Shown here piece after piece: positions 19,152 to 27,633 of a stretch of 64,000 nt of DNA (position 1 is the stretch's first letter; every line of letters starts with the position of its first letter). Source of the DNA: Nitrospinota bacterium (lineage in GTDB: Bacteria; Nitrospinota; Nitrospinia; Nitrospinales; VA-1); NCBI GenBank assembly GCA_014382285.1, contig JACNKA010000077.1, positions 13,208 to 77,207 on the forward strand. The letters run 5' to 3'. The notes beneath the pieces were generated by a model that saw nothing but the letters and a program-made list of their open reading frames with translations, did no database searches and was not told the origin of the DNA. The position numbers and the translations under genes were made by a program.

Positions 19152-20281
19152 CAATTTTCAGGTTTGATTTCGTTCCAATTCAAATTTGGAAAAAGCGGCG
19201 CCCAGGTTTTATTTTTATGAGGTTCCATCTGTTTCTCCAGCTTGGCCAACCGGCTCTGGCTGGAGGGGTGGGTGGAAAAATACGAAAAAAGTTCCATATC
19301 GGTTTCTGTGGTTTTCTCCTTTGGTGAGTTCTCCGGCTCCACTTCCATCAACTTTTCAAAAATTCGCATCATTCCACGTGGGTCAATATTGGCGGTAAGG
19401 ATTAACTCCATCCCTTTCTGGTCGGCTTCCGCTTCCATATCCCGGCTCAATCCCAGAGTTTCAAGTTCACCGGCAAGATTAGCCACCCCTTCCATGACAG
19501 CATTCACATCCCCTATGAAAAGAGCCAGCAACATACTTTGAGCCATGTTGCGGAGGATACCCCGAGTGGAATGCCTGAGTAAAATATGCTGGATTTCATG
19601 GGCGATCACCCCGGCCAACTCCTCAGGAGACTCTGCTTGATTGAGCAAGCCTTCAAAAACCACGATAGGCCCTCCAGGCAAAGCCAGCGCATTGACCGTT
19701 TTTCCCGGCCAAATATAAACCTGCAAGTCATAAGGCTGTTTGCCTTCGACCGACCGTTCCAGTAAGTCGACCGTTTCCTGTAGCACCGCAAGAACTTGCT
19801 GGTCGGGTTTCTGCTCCAACGGAAGCATTTTCAATATGGACTGACCCAGGGTCACTTCCCATTCAACAGGAATTTTATCGACCATCCGGTCGGCCAGAAA
19901 CGAAGGCACTGTTTTAATAAATACATACGCGGAAAAAATTAGAATCAGTATTCCTGCTGCATATATTTTCCAGTTAATCTCCGTTTGCCTTCCGGTGTCA
20001 GAAAAATTATCTGGCGCAATCTTTGAAACACTTTCATAAAAGTCAGGATCTTCCACCACCAGAGTTTCCAGACATTCGTTATTTATATCACCATGTTCAA
20101 TGTGGAAAGGGCTTGTGGTTTTTGCGGCCCAGCGAAGGTTGCCATAGAACCAGTGGATCGGTTCATGGCCGGGCTTTTTGAGAATTATTTCCCGTGGGGT
20201 GAGTGCAATATCGACAGGGTGTTTTCTGGCACTTTTGCCATCAAACAATGTGCCTGCAAATTGCAGTTTTCGGGCAGTCAT
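19151..20281 (-). CDS. M48-family zinc metallopeptidase with N-terminal cytoplasmic domain and one TM
   Basis: 376 aa. It has the HEIQHI (HExxH) motif, a TM segment IYAAGILILIFSAYVFI, and an N-terminus FDGKSARKHPVDIAL typical of the DUF898-associated M48 subgroup. Confidence 0.85.
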   Translation of the reverse strand: MTARKLQFAGTLFDGKSARKHPVDIALTPREIILKKPGHEPIHWFYGNLRWAAKTTSPFHIEHGDINNECLETLVVEDPDFYESVSKIAPDNFSDTGRQTEINWKIYAAGILILIFSAYVFIKTVPSFLADRMVDKIPVEWEVTLGQSILKMLPLEQKPDQQVLAVLQETVDLLERSVEGKQPYDLQVYIWPGKTVNALALPGGPIVVFEGLLNQAESPEELAGVIAHEIQHILLRHSTRGILRNMAQSMLLALFIGDVNAVMEGVANLAGELETLGLSRDMEAEADQKGMELILTANIDPRGMMRIFEKLMEVEPENSPKEKTTETDMELFSYFSTHPSSQSRLAKLEKQMEPHKNKTWAPLFPNLNWNEIKPEN

Positions 20282-20342
20282 GCCCGCTCCTTGGTGAAGG
20301 ATTAAAAGAAACTCTGATACTTGAGAAATTTATGAGGTGCTC

Positions 20343-21581
20343 TCAACCAATATCAATGGGAAAATCCATGGCATCCAGAGCTTCTTCTCCAAATGCTCCG
20401 CTGGTTTTCATTTCCTGGACGATCTGGTTTAATTCGATATTTCCGGCAAGAACCAGGTTGTCCGTCACAAACTTCTGGTTGCGAACCACCACCCAGGGAA
20501 AACCCACTCCAAGAGTAAACAGGAAGATGAAAAAATTGGTCACCTTTAACTTCATATAATCTTTTCCCTTGATCGGGAAGTGGAAGGTAGCCCCACCAAC
20601 ATGCGTGTGGGACCACAAATATCGCTTTAAGTCAGCAGTAAACCAGAACAGGTAAAACCCCAGCGTAAGCGGAGTGAGAAGAACAGCAAGGATAAATTTC
20701 CCAAAAAAATCTTTACCCATCCCGGAGAAGCCAAACTGAACATCTCCAAACCAGGAATTTTCTCGCCAGAACTTTTCGCTTTTCATTTTGAAAAATGGCC
20801 AGTAAAGACCCAAGGTCAATACAGAAAGTACACCCCACACAACATATAAATGAACCGCGTCCATCCTTTTCCCTCGGAAGGAAAAACGGATATTACGCCA
20901 GGCAGTCCGCGAGAGTCGGTATCTCCACGCTCCTACCAGAAGTGCAGGAATCATGACAACGAAAACCAGTGAAAGCAGGTCGGAAAACATCTCGCCTTCC
21001 GCAGGACCAATATTAAAAAAAATATATACGTTGATCAAACCCAATAGAACAATAACGCCTCCAAACCGGAATGCCCCACTTAGCAACTCTTTGCCCGTAC
21101 CATGATAAGAAAAACGGTCTCCCGCAAATAAGGTTTGGCTCCAAATATACTGGCGAACATTGGTTTTGGCCCAAAATCGGTAAATACCGAGAGTGAACAC
21201 CGTTTTGATCAGGTTGACAAAGCTGATGTTCAAAAGGGTGCGACCGTCCCCTTGAAATTTGAACCTGTAGTTATCTTCGGGTATGGAAACTTCTTCTTTA
21301 TCGGGGGCCTCTGCCATGACAACAGAGTCGGATAACGGCTCGATCTCGCCTTCAACAGGCTGAATGTCAACGGCAAAACCCAGGCTACGAAGATAGGTAG
21401 AAGCCGTATCTGCCTGGTGATCAGGAATGCATTGATCAAAACGCCAGGGCAGTCCCTGACATAAATGATCCACAATGGCCACAGACTTTTCGTTTCCCAG
21501 TTGGAACACTTTGGCAAGCTTTTCGGCTGCCTCCGTTTTACTCGCTCCCGACCAAGTGCTCAATGTGATTTGATAACTCAT
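20343..21581 (-). CDS. DUF898 (YjgN-like) polytopic membrane protein with about 75-aa soluble N-terminal domain
   Basis: The ORF runs to 21614 from a TTG; I prefer the ATG at 21581 (MSYQITL...), but the start is uncertain. The membrane core has repeated LGIYRFWAKT / LGLYWPFFKMK / LGFYLFWF motifs. Confidence 0.72.
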   Translation of the reverse strand: MSYQITLSTWSGASKTEAAEKLAKVFQLGNEKSVAIVDHLCQGLPWRFDQCIPDHQADTASTYLRSLGFAVDIQPVEGEIEPLSDSVVMAEAPDKEEVSIPEDNYRFKFQGDGRTLLNISFVNLIKTVFTLGIYRFWAKTNVRQYIWSQTLFAGDRFSYHGTGKELLSGAFRFGGVIVLLGLINVYIFFNIGPAEGEMFSDLLSLVFVVMIPALLVGAWRYRLSRTAWRNIRFSFRGKRMDAVHLYVVWGVLSVLTLGLYWPFFKMKSEKFWRENSWFGDVQFGFSGMGKDFFGKFILAVLLTPLTLGFYLFWFTADLKRYLWSHTHVGGATFHFPIKGKDYMKLKVTNFFIFLFTLGVGFPWVVVRNQKFVTDNLVLAGNIELNQIVQEMKTSGAFGEEALDAMDFPIDIG

Positions 21582-21628
21582 TAAAGCAGCCCATCTCCAT
21601 TTAAAACCTGCCAATGCCTAAATCAGGA

Positions 21629-22513
21629 TCAGTAAAAATCATAAGCCATGCGTTGTTCAGCCCACCCTAAAAAACCGTCCTCAACCGGATTACCGGAATA
21701 TTTACCCGACCCGCTGGCCCAGGTTTCCGGTTTGTCCCAATTGTCCCCGTAATGGTAGAGATACATTTTTTTCCGCACCTCATCAGGCAGTGTCATCAAT
21801 TCTTGATAAGAGGCATGCACGCCACCGAAAAATAATTGCGTGTCGTGAAACATGACTTCCGCCAGGTTGGCAAAACGAATGGGGTAGTCTGCATCAAACA
21901 TAGTGTCCCCGGAAATCCAGACACGACGGTTGATGAATATGCCCGAACACCACTGTGACTCATCCACACTGATTGCCGTATCAGGAAAATGCCGCGTTCG
22001 CATGATAACCAGTTCAATGGGCCCGTGTTTATAGGCCCAGAACTTTCTTCCTTCAATCTCAATATTTTTTGGGCGAAGAATGTTAAAAAAATCCGTCAAC
22101 TGCAAGGGCCGGCCCTGATTCGCCTCGCAATATTCGCAACCACCGGAAAGGCTTTTGCTCCAGAGAATATCCTGATAGTCCCGCAAAATAATCATATCCG
22201 GCTTGGAAATATTAGGCGTGTACCGATTCATCAAGGCCACCTCCTCCAATCCGCCGATATGATCTGCATGACTATGAGTGGGGTGATAACAGCGGACGTC
22301 TAAAACACTCAATCCCAAATCGTTGAGGGCTAAAGGCCCCTGGGTGCCACAATCGATCAAAACATGATGCTTACCTTGAATGACCAATATATTAGACTGG
22401 CGCCTGCGTTTGGCGAACGCTGAGCCTGTCCCGATAAATACAATTCTGAGTTCTCCGTCGGTGGTTAAGGGTAGAGACTCGCCATTTTTGCAAATCTCTT
22501 TGACTTCATACAT
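21629..22513 (-). CDS. MBL-fold metallo-hydrolase
   Basis: It has the HxHxDH motif (HPTHSHADHIGG). I place the start at ATG 22513 (MYEVKEI...), which is preceded by AAGGAGAG. The track ORF extends to 22597. Confidence 0.8.
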   Translation of the reverse strand: MYEVKEICKNGESLPLTTDGELRIVFIGTGSAFAKRRRQSNILVIQGKHHVLIDCGTQGPLALNDLGLSVLDVRCYHPTHSHADHIGGLEEVALMNRYTPNISKPDMIILRDYQDILWSKSLSGGCEYCEANQGRPLQLTDFFNILRPKNIEIEGRKFWAYKHGPIELVIMRTRHFPDTAISVDESQWCSGIFINRRVWISGDTMFDADYPIRFANLAEVMFHDTQLFFGGVHASYQELMTLPDEVRKKMYLYHYGDNWDKPETWASGSGKYSGNPVEDGFLGWAEQRMAYDFY

Positions 22514-22840
22514 AAGCTCTCCTTTATCTCCCCGAACTAAGTGGTCACAATAACAGCAATATGAAAATGCGGAAGTTTGTAAAAATTCCCGACTCACGCA
22601 TCGTGAAACGGTAACACAAAAGCCTTTTCTCGTCCATAATGCTATGATTTTTATATCAAAACACCTCTCGTTGGAAACTGAAAGTTGAATATTACAATAG
22701 TCACCATCACAGATTTTTAAAGTCCATGGATCAAGGCAAAAGCAGATTACATGAAGACAACCCCCCTCAAAGTCACAATTTGATAAAATTTATCCGATAG
22801 ACCCGACCCATTGTTGCGATCAAGCTTGTTTCTCAATAAG

Positions 22841-22870
22841 TTGTGGAAATGACAAAAATTAAGTTATAAT
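22841..22870 (+). promoter_or_regulatory. candidate sigma70 promoter for apgM-like/lysC/cimA
   Basis: TTGTGG, 18 nt spacer, TATAAT (22865-22870), 50 nt upstream of the ATG at 22921. Confidence 0.35.
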
Positions 22871-22920
22871 CATGGCTTCCTGATTATTTTTAAGTTCTCA
22901 ATCCCTGTATCCCTAAAAAA

Positions 22921-24108
22921 ATGAAGTACTTGGTTGTTATCGTAGCGGGCCTGACGGACAAGCCTTTTGCGGAAAAAGACAATAGAACCCCGTTGCAGTT
23001 GGCCGACACTCCTAATCTGGATGCCCTGACTAAGAATGCAACCTGTGGGCCTGTTCAAACCATTCCTGATGATTTGCATGTGGGAAATGAAATCTCCTGC
23101 CTGGGACTTCTAGGTCTTGATCCGCAAAAATATTCTTCCGGTCATGCTCCGCTCTCTGCGATGGGGTTGGGGATGAAACCTGCGCCGGAAGAGATCGCGC
23201 TCTGTTGCGACCTGATAACCCTGCAACCCACCCATGACGATATGGTCATGAAAGATTATACTGCCGGGCATCTTTCCCCTGATGACTCAGGACTGCTTAT
23301 CGATGCGCTTAACGAACAAGTGGTCGATGCTGCGGTTACGTTCCATCGAGGCGGTGGTTATCACAACTTGATGTTTATCAAAAGTCCGCCGATTTCGGAA
23401 AGATTGTCTCCGCCCAACGAACTCATCGGTGAAGGCATCCGCCAATTCATGCCCGAGGAAAACCGCGAACTGGTCTTCGTGATGAATCAGGCACAAATTA
23501 TTTTGCATAACCATGCCCACAACAGAAAACGGGTTGCAGACAAAAAAGACCCGGTTAACAGCATCTGGTTTTGGGGGAACGGCGAACTGCCCAGCCTGCC
23601 CTCCTTCCGGGAGCGGTATGATAAGAGCGCGTCTGTAATCACCGCGTCTTTAATGGTCAAGGGAATCGGCAAGCTCACCGGTATGGATGTCATAGACGTA
23701 GATGGCGCGACCGGGTTTTCTGATACTAATTATTCCGCCAAAGTTTCTGCGACACTCAAGGAACTGGAAAGCAAAGATGTGGTTTTTCTCCACATTGCCG
23801 CGGGAGAAGAAGTTTCACTCAAAGGCGATATTGACGATAAGATTTTAATGATCGAAGACTTCGATGCCGAAGTCATTAAACCTCTGGCGCAAGCGATGGA
23901 GGCAATAGAAAATATAAAAATGATGGTGGTGGTCAACCATGTCAGTTCCGCCATGTCGATGAAATACGAACGGACTCCGGTTCCCTATCTGGTTTATCCT
24001 GCCACATCGGGAAACACCAGCCGATATGATGAACAGCTTTTAGAAACCGGAAAGTTATTCGACAACGCCCCTGATCTATTAACGGCTTTTTTGACAAACC
24101 AACTATGA
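22921..24108 (+). CDS. cofactor-independent phosphoglycerate mutase, archaeal-type (ApgM) family; subgroup proposed to be a non-orthologous homoserine kinase
   Basis: 395 aa. It begins MKYLVVIVAGLTDKP...TPLQLADTPNLDAL (metalloenzyme/alkaline-phosphatase superfamily). Its stop overlaps the lysC ATG (ATGA). Confidence 0.8.
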   Translation: MKYLVVIVAGLTDKPFAEKDNRTPLQLADTPNLDALTKNATCGPVQTIPDDLHVGNEISCLGLLGLDPQKYSSGHAPLSAMGLGMKPAPEEIALCCDLITLQPTHDDMVMKDYTAGHLSPDDSGLLIDALNEQVVDAAVTFHRGGGYHNLMFIKSPPISERLSPPNELIGEGIRQFMPEENRELVFVMNQAQIILHNHAHNRKRVADKKDPVNSIWFWGNGELPSLPSFRERYDKSASVITASLMVKGIGKLTGMDVIDVDGATGFSDTNYSAKVSATLKELESKDVVFLHIAAGEEVSLKGDIDDKILMIEDFDAEVIKPLAQAMEAIENIKMMVVVNHVSSAMSMKYERTPVPYLVYPATSGNTSRYDEQLLETGKLFDNAPDLLTAFLTNQL

Positions 24109-25364
24109 GCAATTCTTTGATCGTACAAAAATATGGCGGCACCTCTTTAGGCTCTCTGGAGCGTATCGAATATGTGGCCGACCGCATCGCCAAAGCCCGA
24201 AAGACCGGCATCGATATCGTTATCGTGGTTTCGGCCATGGCGGGAGAAACCGATAAATTGTTGAAAATGGCCCATAGGCTTTCTAAAAATCCGGAACGAC
24301 GCGAAATCGACCTGCTCTTGTCATCCGGAGAACGTATCTCGGCTGCTCTTTTGGCTCTGGCCCTGCAGAACCGGGGTATTCCCGCGCTTTCCATGACCGG
24401 GAGGCAGATTGGTCTGCAAACCGACAGCACCCACACCCGCGCCCGCATTATCAATATTGATGCCAAGCGAGCCCGTAAAATGCTGAAAAAAAATCATGTG
24501 ATCGTGGTCGCCGGATTCCAGGGCATCAACGAGGAAGGCGATGTGACAACTTTAGGCAGAGGCGGATCGGACACCTCAGCAGTGGCTCTGGCGGTTGCTC
24601 TGGGTGCCCGGCAATGCGAAATCTACACCGATGTCGATGGGGTTTATACCGCAGACCCCAGAGTCGTACCACAAGCCAGGAAGCTGGATGTGGTATCGTA
24701 TGATGAAATGCTGGAAATGGCCAGCCTGGGAGCCAAAGTCCTGCAAATCCGTTGTGTGGAGTTTGCCCATAAATTTAAGATGCCCCTGATTGTTAAATCA
24801 TCCTTCAAGGAATATGAAGAGGACAAGGGAACTTTGATCTGCGAGGAGGATCCGAAAATGGAACAACCTGTAGTTTCCGGAATCATGTGCGACAAAAACC
24901 AGGCAAAAATCACCCTGAAGGAAGTTCCGGACCAACCGGGTATCGTCGCCAATATCTTTGAGCCTTTGGCAAAAGCGTCCATCTCCGTTGACATGATCAT
25001 TCAGAATGTCAGCGACCAGGGGCACACCGACCTGTCGTTCACACTACAACGGGAAGAATTGGATGAGGCCATGGTCATCATGAACAAAGTGGCAAAAAAA
25101 ATCCATGCCACTCAAGTAGGTGCAAATGCAAAAATTGCTAAAATTTCTATTGTCGGGGCAGGTATGCGCAGTCATTCGGGAGTCGCGGCGCAAATTTTTA
25201 AAACCTTGTCCAGTCATAATATTAATATATTGATGATCAGCACATCAGAGATCAAAGTATCCTGCATCGTTAAACAAGAATATTCTAAACTTGCGGTCAA
25301 CGCCTTGCACGATGCTTTTGAACTGCAAAAAAAAGTAGCCAAAAAGAAAACCGCAAAAAAGTGA
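24105..25364 (+). CDS. lysC: aspartate kinase
   Basis: 419 aa. It has VQKYGGTSLG and two C-terminal ACT domains. Confidence 0.93.
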   Translation: MSNSLIVQKYGGTSLGSLERIEYVADRIAKARKTGIDIVIVVSAMAGETDKLLKMAHRLSKNPERREIDLLLSSGERISAALLALALQNRGIPALSMTGRQIGLQTDSTHTRARIINIDAKRARKMLKKNHVIVVAGFQGINEEGDVTTLGRGGSDTSAVALAVALGARQCEIYTDVDGVYTADPRVVPQARKLDVVSYDEMLEMASLGAKVLQIRCVEFAHKFKMPLIVKSSFKEYEEDKGTLICEEDPKMEQPVVSGIMCDKNQAKITLKEVPDQPGIVANIFEPLAKASISVDMIIQNVSDQGHTDLSFTLQREELDEAMVIMNKVAKKIHATQVGANAKIAKISIVGAGMRSHSGVAAQIFKTLSSHNINILMISTSEIKVSCIVKQEYSKLAVNALHDAFELQKKVAKKKTAKK

Positions 25365-25377
25365 GCACCGCTAAAAA

Positions 25378-26943
25378 ATGAGTTCCGTAAAAATTTATGA
25401 CACCACCCTCAGGGACGGGTCCCAAGCAGAAGGCATCTCCTTCACCGTTGAGGATAAAATCCGCATCGCCCACAAACTGGACGAACTGGGGGTGCATTAT
25501 GTGGAAGGGGGCTGGCCGGGGTCGAACCCGAGAGACATCGATTTTTTTGAGAAGGCCAACCGCGCGCACTTTTCCCAGACCCGGATCACCGCCTTTGGCA
25601 GCACTCGTTATCCGGAAAAAACGGTGGAAAACGATGCCGTCCTGCAAGCACTTTTAAAAACCGAAACCCAGGTGGTGACCCTGTTCGGAAAAACCTGGGA
25701 CCTGCACGTGAAAGACGCTTTGGGCACCAGCCTCGATGAAAACCTGCGTATGATCTTTGAGAGTATCGCCTACATGAAAAAATACCGCGATGAAGTTCTC
25801 TTTGATTGCGAACATTTTTTTGATGGTTACAAAAATAATCCAGACTACGCCCTCAAAACGATCAAGGAAGCCGAGTCCGCAGGAGCCGACTGGATCATCC
25901 TGTGCGACACCAACGGCGGCACACTTCCGCATGAGGTGCGTTCGATCTTCGAAGAGATTAAAAAATCCGTCTCCGTTAGAATGGGTGTCCATGCCCACAA
26001 CGATTCAGAGGTAGCCGTCGCCAACTCTCTCACCGCTGTTCAAGCCGGGGCCGAGCAGGTGCAAGGCACCATCAATGGAATTGGTGAACGTTGTGGAAAT
26101 GCTAATCTGGTTTCCGTCATCTCCAATCTAAAAATTAAAATGGGCATCAACTGCATGACCGATGCACAACTGCAATCCCTGAAAGACGTTTCTGCTTTTG
26201 TGGATGAGTTGGCCAACCGGGCGCACTGGAACCAGCAACCCTTTGTAGGAAAAAGCGCATTCGCCCATAAAGGCGGCGTGCATGTCAGCGCAGTGCGTAA
26301 AAATGCGTTGACCTATGAACACATCGAACCCGAAAAAGTGGGCAACCACCAGCGCATTCTGGTTTCTGACCTTTCGGGAAAAAGTAATGTGCTCCACAAA
26401 GCTAAAGAATATGGCATCGACATTGACGATAAAGATCCCAAGGTGGCAAAAATTCTCAACTCCCTGAAAGAGTCGGAAAATCTGGGCTTTCAGTATGAAG
26501 GTGCCGAAGCTTCTTTTGAACTGATGATGCGTGATGCGCTGGGCCAGAAGGAAGTCTTTTTCGAATTTATCGGGTTCCGTGTCATCGTTGAAAAACGCAA
26601 AGAAGATGAAGAACCCATCTCCGAAGCCACAGTCAAGCTACGAGTCAATGGTGTTCAGGAGGTTTCGGCCGCCGAAGGCACAGGCCCAATCAATGCTCTG
26701 GATAAAGCCATCAAAAAAGCTCTGGTGAAATTTTACCCGGAACTCGAAGATGTGAATCTTTATGATTATAAAGTTCGCATTCTGGATGAACAGAAAGGCA
26801 CCCGCGCTAAAACCCGAGTGCTGGTGGAATCCGGTGACCATCACTCCAGATGGGGCACCGTAGGAGTCTCCGAAAATATCATCGAAGCCAGTTGGCAGGC
26901 TCTGATCGACAGCATCGACTATAAGCTCAACCAGAATCGGTAA
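25378..26943 (+). CDS. cimA: citramalate synthase (LeuA/CimA family, TIGR00977-type)
   Basis: 521 aa. It has [46 protein letters not shown] and a LeuA-type C-terminal regulatory domain. Confidence 0.82.
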   Translation: MSSVKIYDTTLRDGSQAEGISFTVEDKIRIAHKLDELGVHYVEGGWPGSNPRDIDFFEKANRAHFSQTRITAFGSTRYPEKTVENDAVLQALLKTETQVVTLFGKTWDLHVKDALGTSLDENLRMIFESIAYMKKYRDEVLFDCEHFFDGYKNNPDYALKTIKEAESAGADWIILCDTNGGTLPHEVRSIFEEIKKSVSVRMGVHAHNDSEVAVANSLTAVQAGAEQVQGTINGIGERCGNANLVSVISNLKIKMGINCMTDAQLQSLKDVSAFVDELANRAHWNQQPFVGKSAFAHKGGVHVSAVRKNALTYEHIEPEKVGNHQRILVSDLSGKSNVLHKAKEYGIDIDDKDPKVAKILNSLKESENLGFQYEGAEASFELMMRDALGQKEVFFEFIGFRVIVEKRKEDEEPISEATVKLRVNGVQEVSAAEGTGPINALDKAIKKALVKFYPELEDVNLYDYKVRILDEQKGTRAKTRVLVESGDHHSRWGTVGVSENIIEASWQALIDSIDYKLNQNR

Positions 26944-27417
26944 ACATCGACCTTCTGGCAACAGAAACCCTCTCAGCATGCCAATGCATAGTTACAAAAA
27001 TATCCAGGCTACGTAAAAATTAAAATATATTTTTGCGAAAACCTAAATAATTATTCCTGCCTTCTTCATTTTTTTTCATAGCACAGGCAAGGATAATATA
27101 TTCAACATCATAGGGTTATTCCACCCGCCCCTTCCTCTCATAGACCACCGGCCCTCCTTTCAACAATTTGTCGCTCCTATCTTGCCCTAAAAAGCATTAC
27201 TGACATCATTAAAGCATTCCCAATCATAAAAGTTGAAAAAACACCGGATCCAGGGTTAACAATACAGTCACATTAAAAATAATAATTTTAGTAACCAGGG
27301 GTTACTCTAATCACACCCCTCTGTCCTTAATTTTCCTACAACCTTTTTCATTATTTATCTACAATTAAAATGCTCAGAACATATTGTAAAACAACAATAA
27401 ACACCATATAAAATATC

Positions 27418-27446
27418 TTGACAATCAATGTAAATTTTAATAGCAT
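27418..27446 (+). promoter_or_regulatory. candidate sigma70 promoter in the long AT-rich leader of the chemoreceptor gene
   Basis: TTGACA (27418-27423), 17 nt spacer, TAGCAT (27441-27446). Confidence 0.3.
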
Positions 27447-27633
27447 GACCAATATATCTTATTATCCTTTTAGTGATTAGCAGTTTTGGGGCTTATTGAC
27501 GACGTTATTAGATAGTATTTATCTGTGCATTTAATAATTCGGCGTAACCTGTCTGAAACCTTGTAGCCCACTAACCAAATATTTCCGCACAGTTTTATGC
27601 GGGCAAGCAGAACACATTTTAGGAGGAGTCATT

